Origin: Neoechinorhynchus agilis
Lineage: Eukaryota; Animalia; Acanthocephala
Length of the DNA stretch: 64,000 nt
NCBI GenBank assembly: GCA_051530055.1
Contig: CM121341.1
Location: forward strand, 12,006,784-12,070,783
Direction of reading: 5' to 3'
The notes under the pieces were generated by a model, which worked only from the letters and a program-made list of their open reading frames with translations, was not told where the DNA came from and ran no database searches. Numbering within the stretch: the first letter of the stretch is position 1; each line of letters starts with the position of its first letter. Shown one piece after another: positions 1 to 11,814 of this stretch. A program made the position numbers and the translations under genes.

Positions 1-2
1 AG

Positions 3-209
3 CGAGTACAAGAACCGAAAGAGTTCGGTAATCGATGTGGAAAGTGCGGATTCGTTCATCGAGATAAAGTTCAATGTCCGGCAAGTAGAGGAAAATGTTA
101 CAAGTGTGGTATTAGCGGACATTTTGCCCGAATGTGTAGAAAAGCGTGGGTGAGACAAGCAGAAGCGGTAAAAGGAGCGCAGCCTAGAGAGGATGAGTGG
201 GAACTTTAG
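3..209 (+). CDS. gag: Gag C-terminus with two Cys/His knuckles
   Basis: Frame 3 reads ...RCGKCGFVHRDKVQCPASRGKCYKCGISGHFARMC...EWEL* (second knuckle is CX2CX4HX4C); stop TAG at 207-209. Confidence 0.85.
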   Translation, partial: RVQEPKEFGNRCGKCGFVHRDKVQCPASRGKCYKCGISGHFARMCRKAWVRQAEAVKGAQPREDEWEL

Positions 210-3200
210 AAAGATTGGTTGTTATGGGCTGATCTGCACTGCAAATGACGAGGGTAATCGAGCAGAAATAACGGCGAGGGTCGATGGATGTCAAGTGACA
301 ATGAATTTTGATACTGGCGCGGAAGTTAGTATCATCGACGAGGATATGTGGAATAAGATCGGAAAGCCGAGTTTGAAAGCGACGAAGCGATTGAAGGCGT
401 TTGGAGGATCCGAAATCGACTGTCTGGGCAAGTGCAAAGTGAGAATCGAAACAAGAGGGATAAAGAAGAATACAGTGGTGCACGTGGTAAAAGGAACGAA
501 GGGATGTTTATGGGGGATTGACTGGATAAAGCTGTTTGATATGGAGTTACCCCCTTCAGTGATCGTCAGGGGAATAAAGACCGTACAGGAGTCAGTGGAT
601 GAGATGCTAAAACAGTTTGAAGTACTTTTCGAGGAGAAGTGTACCCCCATCAGGAATTTCAGAGTAACACTGCCGATTGCAGACGGTGCTCAGCCCACGT
701 GGATACCAGCGAGGAGAGTACCGTGGGCATTACAGGATGCGGTAGTTAAAGAAATGGAACGATTGACGAACAAGGGGGTATTGGAACGAGTGGAGACAGG
801 CGACACAAATTTAGAATGGGGAACCCCTATGGTCATCACGAAGAAAAGTAATGGACAAATACGAATCTGTGCGGATTTCAGAATCACCGTCAATAAAGCT
901 TAAAGGCAGGACAGCTATCATATGCCAACTTTCGACGACATGCTACAGAGATTGGGGAATGGCAAGAAGTACTCTACTATTGATTTATCGGATGCTTACT
1001 TGCAGTTAGAGGTGGCAGACGACCATAGGAAACTCCTAAATATATCGGCTCCATGGGGATTGTTCCGGTACCGGAGGATGCCGTTCGGACTAAGTTGCGC
1101 TCCGCAGATATTCCAGAAATTTATAGACAATTTGTTGATAGATATCCCAAGTACCGGAGCTTATCTCGACGATATAATCATCTCTTGAAAGAATGACGCA
1201 GAACATCTCCAAAATTTAAAGGCAGTGCTCGAGCGACTTGAGGAGGCAGGGATAGGCATCAAAAGAGATAAATGTAGATTTATGGAAGCACGGGTGAGAT
1301 ATTTGGGGCACAGCTTAGAAGACGGGAAAATAAAACCGCAAGGAGAAAAGGTGACTGCGATAACGTCGGCGCGATACCCACGAAATAAAAAAGAGCTTAA
1401 GTCGTTCATCGGTATGGTCAACTATCTAGAACGCTTCATTCCCGAATTGCAATCTCACTGCAGGGGATTGTATGCGTTACTGAAACAAGGAGTTCCGTGG
1501 AAATGGGGAAAGTATGAGAAGGACATCTTCGATGGAGTAAAGCGAGCCGTCCAAAATCACAAGGTATTAGTACCTTTCGATATCAAAAGAATGACTGTGC
1601 TGACATGCGACGCAAGCGAAGAAGGAATTGGTGCGGGATTGTTCCATAAGAAGGAAGATGGGAGCAAAGAACCGATCATGTTTGTATCCCGGACACTTAC
1701 CTCAGCGGAAAAGAAATACGCGACTATAGAAAAGGAAGCTTTAGCAATCGTCAGCTCGATCAAGAGGTTCCACCAACTCTTATATGGACATCGATTCATC
1801 TTAGAGACCGATCACAAACCCCTGAAGCATATTTTTGGAATGCGGACAGATTTGTCCAAGATGACGAATATTCGACTGGTACGCTGGGGCCTGTTCTTGA
1901 ATCAATACGACTTTGAGATCGAATATGTTCAAGGGGTCGAGAACAAACGTGCTGATTTTTTGTCGAGATTTCCGGTAGACCCTCCAAAGCAGAAATACTC
2001 GGAGGAGGAGACAATAACGCTACGAATGGTGCAAGAGGAGAAGGTGGAGGCTTGCGGTTTAACGAAGTCAAGATTGAAAGCGGAATCGATTAAAGATCGT
2101 CAACTGGTAAGGATTGGACGATATTTGCAGCTCGGATGGCCGAAAATGATGCTCGATACGGACAGGCAGTTCGCTACCCGAGCAGATGAGTTATCCTGCG
2201 AAACGGCATTGTCATGCACTTACAAAGAATTGTAGCCCATCTTCTCTGAGAAAGGAAGTGTTAGATATGTTACATCGTGGTCATCCAGGAATTGAAGGCA
2301 CAAAAGCTCTATGCCGACATTACGCATGGTGGCCCGGTATAGAGGATGACATACGGCGGAAGGTAGAAGGTTGCGAAAGGTGCCAAATAGCCCGACCAAA
2401 TATTCAACAACTGCCGCTTATACCGTGGGACTATCCGGCGGAAGTGTGGGAGCGCGTGCACATCGATTTGGCGGGACCGACAAACTCCAAGATGTATTTG
2501 GCGATCCTAGATGCAAGGAGTAAGTGGCCCGAGGTTTGGTTCTTCAATACATGCAAAATAACATCTGAAATGGTGGTCGATCGGACGAGGGAAACATTTG
2601 CTCGATTCGGGACTCCAAAGAAAATTGTGAGCGATAACGGGCCTCAATTTATGTCACAACAGTTCAAGGCGTTTTGCGAAGAAAATGGGATCGAGATCAT
2701 AAAGGCGAGTCCTTACCACCCACAAACGAATGGGTTGGTAGAACGATTCATAGGAACCCTTAAACGACGCGGAATGGCAGGGGAAGGAATGGATACTCGA
2801 AGGGCACTTACGGAATTTCTACAAACATACAGAAACACGCCTCATGCAATCACAGGAAAAGCTCCAGCAGAAATGATGTTAGGGAGGAGGATGAATACAG
2901 TGTTCGACAATATCAGACCAAATACAGAGGAAACAGTGCGAGACAGGACAGCGCGAAGACAGAGGCAGAGACCGGATGGGCGTTATTGCGAGTTTGGGAA
3001 GGCAATGAAGTGTGGTGGAAAAAGGAAGAGCTGGGAAATGGCAAAAGGGAGTCGTGGAGCAACGATCAGGACCGGTGTCCTATCGAATCGTCGATAAAAA
3101 CGGAACGCAAAATAGGGCGCACGGGGATTTCGTGAGGCAAAGAGAAGGCTACGAAGAATGTGAACAAGAAAAGGATAATGTAAGCATAAAGGTTGAAGAG

Positions 3201-3392
3201 GAAGAACTTCAAAGGAAGGTAGAGTTCGATGCAGAAGATGCAGGTGAAGTCACGAAATCAGAGCAGGCCGAGACGCAACCGAAGTTAAAGAAAAACGAAG
3301 ACCGAGAGCACGCAACACCTTTCTTAAGGAGAAGTCAACGTCATCGGAGGCCTCCTATACGGCCGTACGACGAATACCGCAAAATAGGTTAG
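193..3392 (+). pseudogene. pol: Disrupted Pol: aspartic protease, reverse transcriptase, RNase H, integrase
   Basis: FDTGAEVSII (PR); ICADFR, LSDAYLQ, YLDDIII (RT); CDAS, YATIEKEAL, TDHKPL (RH); HRGHPG...CERC, RVHIDLAGP, SDNGPQF, HPQTNGLVERF (IN). Broken into five ORFs. Confidence 0.95.
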
Positions 3393-3400
3393 GAATTTGC

Positions 3401-3532
3401 GGGGGGGAGGAAATGTGGTAAGTACGCTATTGATTGGGCTAGCGTAAATGGGCATAAAATAGTGTGTGTTGTACAAAAACAGTTTTGTTGAAATAAACTG
3501 GTCCGCTGCTTGGTTCATCCACCATGTCAACA
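3401..3532 (+). repeat. Polypurine tract (3401-3413) and short 3' LTR of about 119 bp (3414-3532)
   Basis: GGGGGGGAGGAAA is directly followed by TGTGGTAAG...AATAAA...TGTCAACA. The 5' LTR is not in the window to confirm the boundary. Confidence 0.7.
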
Positions 3533-4372
3533 TTCGCCTTTTTCAATACAAATTTAGAAACGCAAAATAATTTTGAAGGAATTTAACTGAACATTCGTTG
3601 TCAAGTACTTTGCATTTTTAATACGAATCAAAATATGCAAAAGATTTGTGAAGGAATTTAACTGAACATTCGTTGTCAAGTACTTTGCGATTTTAATGCA
3701 AATTGAAAAACGTGAAATATTTTTCAAGGATTTCCACGGAACATTCGTTGTCAAGACCTGTGCGTTTCTGAGTACAATTTTGAAGCGGAAAATACTTCTG
3801 ATGAAATTTCAATGAACATTCGTTGTCAATTGCTTTGCGTTTATGAATACAGATTAAAAATCTAAAATATTTTTCGAACAATTCCGGTGAACATTCGTTG
3901 TAAAGAGCTTTGCGTTTCTGACTACAAATTAAAATACGCAAAAAATTTGTGAAGGAAGTCCGCTGAAGATTCGTTGTGAAGTATTTTCCATTTTTTAATA
4001 AAAATTGAAAAACGTAAAATATTTGTGAGGCAATTTCGCTCAACACTCCTTGTCTAGAACTTTGCGTTTTGGAATACAAGTTCAAAAACGTAAAATATTT
4101 CCAGTGGAATTCTACTGAACATTCGTGGTCAAGTAACTTTCGTAATTTAAAATGAATTAAAAAACAGAAAATCTTCCTGAAGGAATTTCATTTAACATTC
4201 GATGTCAAGTTCTTTGCCTTTTGAACAAAAAATATAATAAAATATTTGCGAAGGAATTCCACTAAACACTTGATGTCTAGTACTTTGCCTTTTTGAATAA
4301 AAATTTAAAAACGAAAAATATTTTTACTACGAATTAAACTTAACATTCGATGTCAAGTACTATGAATTTTTT
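3533..4372. repeat. AT-rich tandem repeat, about 75-bp unit, about 11 diverged copies
   Basis: ACATTCGTTGTCAAG recurs at 3591, 3666, 3741, 3816 and 3891, and continues in degenerate form. Confidence 0.9.
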
Positions 4373-4740
4373 AATGCTGGGGGAGAGGAGTAAGGGAGGT
4401 CGGGCCGAATAAAAATGGAGACCACCTCCTACGCAATCGTCTCTGTAAGAGTGGAAAGTGTAGCCAGGTATCCAGGCGATGTCGGAATTGGAGGAGTACA
4501 ACCAGGTTTCCACAATGACCAGAATGTCTGCGTTGGCGGTAGTGGCTAAAAGTGAAAGATGATCTATTTTTGGTAAGACTTCTTATGTTAGTGAAATGAA
4601 TGGAGAGAAATGGCTGTTTGAAAGAGCTTGAAGGGGATGTAGTTTGCGGGAGTTGGCTGGTGGAAGAGTTGGGTGAATATGTTACGGAGCGAATTTTGAG
4701 TGAGCGGCAATGCTTGATCTCAACGATAACTCTTGACAAA
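4373..4740 (-). mobile_element. LINE (CR1/L2-like) AP-endonuclease N-terminal fragment
   Basis: Minus-strand translation LSIHFTNIRSLTKN resembles the APE start; a related copy lies at about 5578-5750. Confidence 0.55.
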
Positions 4741-4769
4741 CTCTTCGTTGTCGTCCATATCGGCATCCG

Positions 4770-5410
4770 TCGCGGAATCGATAGTGATGTCCGACGTTTA
4801 AGTTTTCTTAACCCGCTTCTTAGGCACCTATGAATTAAACGTATTGTACGATTCCGCTCACCCTCATCTTTACCTTCTCAAACTCCTCCGGCGTCTCGGC
4901 GTATCCCCTAAACACCTTGCTCACTTTTATCTCTCTGCCATCCTTTCTATCCTTACATGCGCCTTCCCCACTTTACTCGCCCTTTCCACCAATGCTCTCC
5001 ATTCCCTCGAAACCTTCCACAAGAGAGCAGCGAGATAATGCGGTTCTTCACTCCCTCCCCTCGACGCCCACCTCCACTCCATTTTCTCTCAACCCCCTAC
5101 ACAATTTTCTTCCTTCATCTCTAAATACTCTTCGTTCGTAAACACCCGTAACCCAGACCTTTTTTCATCCTCCCCGCGCTCGTACCACCCTCTACCAAAA
5201 ATCTTTCCTCCCCCAAGCCCAGTCTTTCCTTAACAACCGGAGAACAAGGAAAGACTCCCAATAGGTCATCTCCTGTAAAACTCCTTCAAAGACAAGTCCC
5301 ACCTCCCTGCCTCAACATCCGACATCCAGACATCTTCAGCAAAGATAGATGCTGGCAAGTGTATGGATCGTACTTTTCTTAAATTAATAAAACGTGTTTA
5401 TATAAATAAG
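4770..5410 (+). mobile_element. LINE (CR1/L2-like) RT C-terminus and 3' UTR
   Basis: LYLLKLLRRLGVSPKHLAHFYLSAILS...LETFHKRAAR; pyrimidine-rich UTR ending AATAAAACGTGTTTAT. Confidence 0.75.
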
Positions 5411-5574
5411 ACTGCAAGAGATAGCAAGACAAAAGCTTCAATTGGCCGAAAGAATAAAAATGACGACGACTTTGCGGCATTAATCATTTAAGTGGAAATT
5501 TATCAAGTTTTGCATATGACAAAGCAATAAACCGAGTAACAAAACGAACCACGTGCTAGGAAAATGTCTAAAAA

Positions 5575-6345
5575 TTGGCTAAAAGTGAAAGATGATCTAT
5601 TTTTGGTAGCAGACTTTTTATGTTAGTGAAAATAATCGATGGAAATTGCTGTATGAAAGAGCTTGAAGGGGATGTAGTCTGCGGGACTTGGCTGGTAGAA
5701 GGGTTGGATATGTTTCTGAGCGGATTTTGAGTGAGTGGCAATGTTTGATTCTGCCAACGTACAGTGGGGATTTTCGGATGTGTCCAAAATTTACATGTGA
5801 GTTCTGAGAGTAGGTTTAGGTTTGTAATAAGTTAGTGGAAGGGGAGAGAAGACGGTTGTGAATGGGCGAATGATGGATGGAGTTCACAGTTTGAAGTGAG
5901 CGGTTTAGGTATATTCGGTATGGTAGAGAGGAATTGACAAGAAGCGCTTTTGAAGGAAGGAGGATGCGGTGTTTGGTAGATGTAAAGTGATTTTGAGTTG
6001 ACGAGGACGGGGTCCATTAGAGTTTTTGTTGGGGATGTGTTGAAAGTAGACCGGGGAAGGAAAGAGAAAAAAGGATTCGGGAAAGAGTTGTCGACAGACA
6101 ATATTAAGGTGATGAATGTAATCTTTCTGAAGGTCTAATCTGGATAATGTTGTGATTTGGGAGATACCTGAGAGGAAGATGTTAATTGTAGGTCCGTAGT
6201 TGGATGATATGTTATGATAGTTTTCGTTGATGCAGGCCTGTTGCGGTGTTTGTTGAGGAAGATTGGTTTTGTGGTAGGCATCAGTGGTGGAGGTGGAGGA
6301 AATAATGGTATTGTGGACGAAGATTTTTGCGTAGTCTTTCGCACA
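5575..6345 (-). mobile_element. Degenerate LINE ORF2 5' region (endonuclease)
   Basis: Repeats the 4545-4725 segment; same strand skew as the other LINE copies; no long ORF. Confidence 0.45.
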
Positions 6346-6545
6346 TGCGCGCTATTTTTTATTAAAAAATTTTAAATTTTAAAAAATTTTTACAATAAAA
6401 TTTGAACTTTTATTTGTAGAACATAAAAAAAGTGCAAAACGTGCAATCATCACCGTCCACTCTTTTGAATCATATATCAGCATCAAGAATATATATCAAT
6501 ATAGAAAAATCACTGCTGCTTTGCACACACTATAAAAAAAGGGAA

Positions 6546-7010
6546 TTAAATCAACCCCCACTCCACTAATATAATAATCATATTAAAACGCATCAAAATC
6601 TTCCAAGCTATTTTGCTCATAAGACACATTAAAATTATTAATACCATGTAAAAATCAAAATCATTAACTCCCAAGCCCCCAAAAACTATAGACAAATGAA
6701 TAATAAAACCAATATCGCCAAAACTGTTAATAATAATTGTAACCAAAGAACTAACTTTACCCCTAAAATTCCGATAATAATGAATCAAAACTAAACTAAC
6801 CACTCCTAAAATTTCTCACCTAATTAAAATAAAAAATCAATCTTTAAACAACAAAAATACATATACCTAAAGCAAACCTACTATTATATTAAAAGACCAC
6901 CTAAATTTCTCTAATTCCATGTATATTATTGTAGACAATAAAATTATAACGTAAATTAAAAATAAAACCACAACCATAATTAATTTACCATAAGAAAAGC
7001 GCCAACCTAC
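6546..7010 (-). pseudogene. nad5: NUMT: mitochondrial ND5 5' fragment
   Basis: With TGA=Trp it reads YMELEKF...LI(AGG)WEILGVVSLVLIHYY...INSFGDIG, matching the ND5 GW(D/E)xxG and NRxGD motifs. Frameshifts present; G+T-rich coding strand. Confidence 0.8.
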
Positions 7011-7169
7011 CATTAACTCTAATCACCCTATTGCACCCCACAAAAACAATCCTCTAAAAACGATAACCCTTACAACTGATAAGGAACCAAAAATGACTAT
7101 TCTTAACATATCGATTTCCCTTATAAACCATAATTGCAAAACACTGACATAGCATTAACAGCAAACCTA

Positions 7170-8420
7170 TTGAAGACCATAAGACAGATCCAACTAAATC
7201 CGCTATCAATGAAACATTTTCCATACTCAGGGAAACATACAACACCCGTGAGACAACCAAGAGTATAACTTCCACATTAATTATTATTGAAAACATTAAT
7301 ATAAAAATAACAAAAATTAACAATATATTATTAAAAATAACACTCCAAAAACCAAACCTACCTCAGCTCAAAAAGAACCAAATAGAGGAGACCTAAAATT
7401 TAAAGTTAACATCAAAAACACCACAAACATTAAACTAGACTGTCGATATGTGTGATACCGGGGAATGTGATTGGAATTATTGTTTAGAAGTCTTCACCCG
7501 GTAAATATTTATTTATTAAAGACGTTCTGCGAACCTCATCGGGTTCATCATCAGTTTGCTAGTTAGTAATAAACGCTACTAACCAACAAACTGATGATGA
7601 ACCCGACGAGGTTCGCAGAACGTCTTTAATAAATAATCATTTACCGGGTGTAGACCTAAACAATTATTCCAATTAAACTGGACCCCAAAAAATTACATTT
7701 TTCAACACAAAAAACTATTACTATAAACGGCAGACAAATGCTCCAATAAATAAAACAACCCAACAGATAAAAATCTATGAAATAACGTTACCAACACCCC
7801 TAATATCACAAATCTAACTGAACCTAATATAAAACCCAACACTATAAAAGACATATGCACCATAGAAGAATAAGCAATCAAAACTTTAAAATCCCTAGCA
7901 AAATACATCTTACACAAACAAGTTATAAGACCTATCAACAAGATCCCTACAAAATAACCTAAAAACAAACAAATACTCGACAAATAAAAAAGCGCATAAC
8001 CGCCTATCTTAATCAACACACCAGCTAACAACATAGATCCCAAAACAAGAGACTCAACATGCACAATAGGCAATCACTGATGAAAGCCCCAAACTGGCAC
8101 TTTTATATAAAACCCTATCAACACCAAGTAAATTATCCACCTAAAAAATTCAACTTCCACACAGACCTAAAACCCTTCTCAATACCACAACCATATAACT
8201 TCAATAAAACTAAAAACAAAGGAACTGAAAAAAGAACAGAATAAACAACAAAAATCTTAACAGTAAATAATCGCGCTTGATAACAAGAACTAATAATAAT
8301 ATACAATCAAAACAAACATAACAGACTCATAACAAACATAAAAAACAACAAACTAAATCTTATAAAAAAACACATAAACTAACAGTAAAAACTACAACAA
8401 CCACAGAATAAAATGTACCC
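7170..8420 (-). pseudogene. nad4: NUMT: mitochondrial ND4, interrupted by an insertion at 7441-7672
   Basis: [43 protein letters not shown] (TGA=W), DFKVLIAYSSMVHM, NF(AGG)SPLFGSFWAEV. One-base frameshifts present. Confidence 0.92.
7441..7672. mobile_element. Palindromic Penelope-like pLTR insertion with 11-bp target duplication
   Basis: About 90-bp inverted arms (7471-7672); flanks TTAAACTAGAC (7430-7440) and TTAAACTGGAC (7673-7683). Each arm carries CTGATGA-T-GAACC..GGTTC; homologous to 44120-44210 and 45960-46050. Confidence 0.8.
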
Positions 8421-8646
8421 CGGCGAATCCCTTTGATTCCACTTCAAAATAAATATTGTCATCAAATTATGGAACTCCCAATATTGTGATGGAGAAAATT
8501 AGGTGAAGTCAATATAATACCTAAGTACCGCTTTTTTATAAAACTTTGGATTGGAAGGATATGACGTTTGTTTATTATATTCTTTCGTGCCATCTTTACA
8601 CTCAACGCCGCCACATACGGTTTGCGAATTCTCATTCGCATCGGAC

Positions 8647-9147
8647 ATGTTTAAGAAGCTTGTGCAGATCGGTCGTGTTTGTTACGTCATCGATGGTGAG
8701 TGGAAGGATCGTTTTGTTATGATTTTGGAGCTGATTGATGATCGAAAGGTCATCGTGGATAGTCCTGGGCTTCCGAAACGAAAGGTTATTCATTTGCGAA
8801 ATCTTCACCTAACTAAGTTTCGGGTCCCCGTCCCGCGTACGATCGGTCACAGGGCTCTTATTCAAATGTGGAAAGATAAAAACATTCGTGAAAAGATCAG
8901 AAAAACTCAGTTGTACACCTCTGTAGTGACGTCAAGAAAACGCAGGGAAATGAATGATTTTGATCGATATAAGAAGTATTTGGCCAAGAGACGACTACGT
9001 CTGCGTACTATTAAGAGGATGGCCTTTATTAAGAAGCATTTGGGTGTGAAACGAGACGGACGTATTAATTGGGAAAATATGGGAGAGTTAAACAAGGTAA
9101 TGAGTCAATTGCAGGGGAAAAAGAAGAAGAAAGTTGAAAAGAAATAA
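8647..9147 (+). CDS. RPL14: 60S ribosomal protein L14 (eL14), intronless
   Basis: MFKKLVQIGRVCYV...VIVDSPG...HLTKF...MNDFDRYK; Lys-rich tail; ATG at 8647. Confidence 0.92.
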   Translation: MFKKLVQIGRVCYVIDGEWKDRFVMILELIDDRKVIVDSPGLPKRKVIHLRNLHLTKFRVPVPRTIGHRALIQMWKDKNIREKIRKTQLYTSVVTSRKRREMNDFDRYKKYLAKRRLRLRTIKRMAFIKKHLGVKRDGRINWENMGELNKVMSQLQGKKKKKVEKK

Positions 9148-9319
9148 GATGCCGTTTTTTTCCGGGAGTGTTTGTTATAGAAGCATCGAGTTCACTTTTC
9201 TGTAAGAATTGTGCTGTGAGGCGGATTATCTGTAGTCAGATTACGTTTGAGATATTTAGTGAAAGCAAAGCTGATTAATTTTTTAATATTCGGTTCATCT
9301 CCTCAACTCAGATGATCTA

Positions 9320-9978
9320 TTGTCCAATGAACATTTTTATGAAAATAATCGCGCACCTGAACTTAAGCAATTGACTTGTAATTTTGAACACATAAAGTTT
9401 CCTTCCCCTTATTCTAAATACTTCTTGTATGCTGATGATCTTACAATCATTACACATGCACCAGCTCCCCTCTCTCTCACGTTCAAACATTTTGCTCCTC
9501 TAAATGTTTTACCCTTAACCGTGTGCTTCGAAATCGTCCCTTCAATCTCAAATAGCCCTTCTGATCAGCTGCTTCTTCCTTTTCCTATCAATCGTGTCTC
9601 TTCTGTTCGTATACTTGGTCTTCATTTTCAAGAAAATCTAAAGTGGGACAAGCACATATCAATTTCGCTGCAAAAAGGGCCCATTAAGCTCCATCTTCTT
9701 AAACGCTTCCGATTCCTTCGATTATCTTCCAATGACCTACCTTCTCCTTTTACTCGCACTTAAAACACTTACGTTGCCCCAACATTTTCCATCCTTGAGT
9801 TCCTCGCACAAATCTCTACCTCCGCTCTTCCAAACTGCTCAATCCTCCAAATGCGAATTGATTCGGAGGAAAGAACGGAAAACAACGACTACAACTTAAC
9901 CAGCTAAATTCAACTTACTTAAAGTACAAAGATCAGTGACTCATGCTTCTTCAAATAATTAAAACGTGTTTATATATT
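9320..9978 (+). mobile_element. LINE (CR1/L2-like) RT fragment with 3' tail
   Basis: FLYADDLTII, RVSSVRILGLHFQENLKWDKHI; ends TAAAACGTGTTTAT. Confidence 0.85.
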
Positions 9979-10689
9979 TAATTAGCGATACTCAATTGCT
10001 TCAAATTGCCTTTCTTAGAGATCTACTTGTTTCGAGTTTTTTTTGATATTTGAAGTTCTCTTGCGTTTTTAAATAAAGTCCGCTGTCTTTCATCGAGGTA
10101 TTATTCTGTTTCAAGTATATTCAGTGATTTAAAAATAATCCGTCGTTATTCTTGGCGGATTTTTTTGCTTCGTACTTTTATGGTTTCGCTCAGGATTTAA
10201 ATTGAAATTTTAGTGTCGCCGTATTATTTCAAATAAGTGTCCCTGACTCTTTGATGATCTTGAGCACGATCAATGCTGTACTAAAATCGTCAATCCATTT
10301 AGTAAATCGCTAAATAGTCGCAGTTTGTCCATTTATGGTTCTCAGCTGCCTTATTTTGCTTTGCCAATAAGAAGGAAAAAGTAGTTTGTAGGCATTCGAG
10401 TATCACCTTTTGGAAGAAGATTGTTGAGGAGAAGTCGAATTTGAGTGTGGAAAGGAGTCTTGGAGGGTGCCTATAGCTAAGGGTGGGTGGACGGTATTTA
10501 AAGAGTGAAGCGAGGGAGAAGGGGAGGTTTTGGGTGGGGAGTTTGGGAGTGGTTAAACCGGAGAACACGGTTTGGGCCAGGCGGCAGTACAGAAACCGCA
10601 AATGAATTTCCTGCCTGCTGCCCAAATACTTGAGACAAATATTTGGGGTTTAACCTGACAATCGTCCATGTCACAGGGGATGAGCTTGG

Positions 10690-11025
10690 TGGTTGGACGC
10701 TTTGGCCTCGGCATTGATTGCAAGTATTTGTGACGGACGAGAGAGAAAACGTTGTCGAGAAAGAACGTTGACGCGAGGGAGAACGTAGAGTTGTCGAGAG
10801 AGAACCTTTGAGTTGACGGTTGAGAGAACCGTTGAGTTGACGAGAGAGAACGATTGAGTTGATGAGAGAGATAACGTTGAACGATTGAGTTGATGAGAGA
10901 GATAACGTTGAACGATTGAGTTCACGAGAGAGAGAACGTAGATTGAGAGAGAACGTTGATTGAGGGAGAACGTTGATTGAGAGAAAACGATTGATTGAGA
11001 GAGAACGTTGATTGAGAGATTCGGT
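10690..11025. repeat. Minisatellite based on GAGAGAACGTTGATT/GAGTT (about 15-18 bp units)
   Basis: Direct reading of repeated GAGAGAACG/TTGA motifs; contiguous with the minus-strand LINE 3' UTR. Confidence 0.8.
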
Positions 11026-11029
11026 CCGG

Positions 11030-11500
11030 AGGGGGAGTCCATTCAGGTGGGAATATCCGGTCGGTAGATGTCCGTTCGAGTGAGAATATCCGGTCGGGTT
11101 TGGAAGGTCTGTTCTGGTGGGAATTAGTGGTTATTGTTTGCAAGGAGAGTTTGTGAGGTCGGGTCTTTCCCCAGGTTCATATCTGGTCATGAAATCCGAG
11201 AAGATTGGACAGTATGGAAAAAGGAGCGTAGGCGTTGGGAGATGCGGTCTCATGTTAAAAGGGGAATAAAATGTGGTAAAAATGGTAGCAATATAGATGA
11301 TAGCGTTTTGTTTGTTTTATGAAAATTCTATGAAGGCATTCGGTAAACGGGGGAAAATCAACTGCACAAATTTTAGATGCTCGTCTATGAAACATTTCAA
11401 TGCACTCTCCTAAACATACAGCTCTATTAAATCATCTAAAATGCGTTTCGCTCCTTTCTTATTTTGTTTTCCATCTCTGCACTTCAGCCTCTATAGTAAT
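11030..11500 (-). mobile_element. LINE RT end and 3' UTR, reverse orientation
   Basis: Reverse complement resembles 11990-12600 (AGCATCTAAAATTTG, CAATCTTCTCGG, GCAAACAATAACCAC). Confidence 0.75.
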
Positions 11501-11519
11501 TAGCCCAACAACATTTGTC

Positions 11520-11760
11520 GACTCAGATATAATAAACGTTTGTAAATAATATCAAAAAACACAGTCGGATAAACGTTTGCAAAGAGTACAAAACATCTTC
11601 AGGATTAAAAGAATAGTAGCCTTTAGAATGTTAGCAGCAATTTTGCCATTTATGCGACCAGCATTGTGTTTCACCCATAAAAGACTTGGAATTGACTTAG
11701 GAAAAGTTTCATTAATACAAGACATTTAAACATTGCTTAGAATGTTTAGTATAGCATCAG
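11520..11760 (-). mobile_element. Possible degenerate Penelope-like 3' end
   Basis: Minus strand: CINETFPKSIPSLLW-like end, then CTGAAGATG...GCAAACGTT (hammerhead-like with damaged GAAA). Confidence 0.3.
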
Positions 11761-11814
11761 TGAAGCAAGGAAAGTTTGACGATTTGATTACTGCTGTCGA
11801 CCTTGATGCGATTG

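Larger units (their letters stand above)
1..3532 (+). mobile_element. Ty3/Gypsy LTR retrotransposon (Mag-like), 5' end outside window, decayed
   Basis: Gag zinc knuckles, then PR-RT-RH-IN order, a polypurine tract and a TG...CA 3' LTR. In-frame stops at 901 and 1186; frameshifts near 2200 and 3000. Confidence 0.95.

Noticed and set aside
7010-7170. Mitochondrial tRNA (e.g. His) between ND4 and ND5
   Set aside because: I could not fold a convincing anticodon arm or cloverleaf by eye.
6546-8420. Genuine mitochondrial contig misjoined into the scaffold
   Set aside because: Frameshifts in ND4 and ND5 and a nuclear retroelement-type insertion with TSD indicate a nuclear pseudogene.
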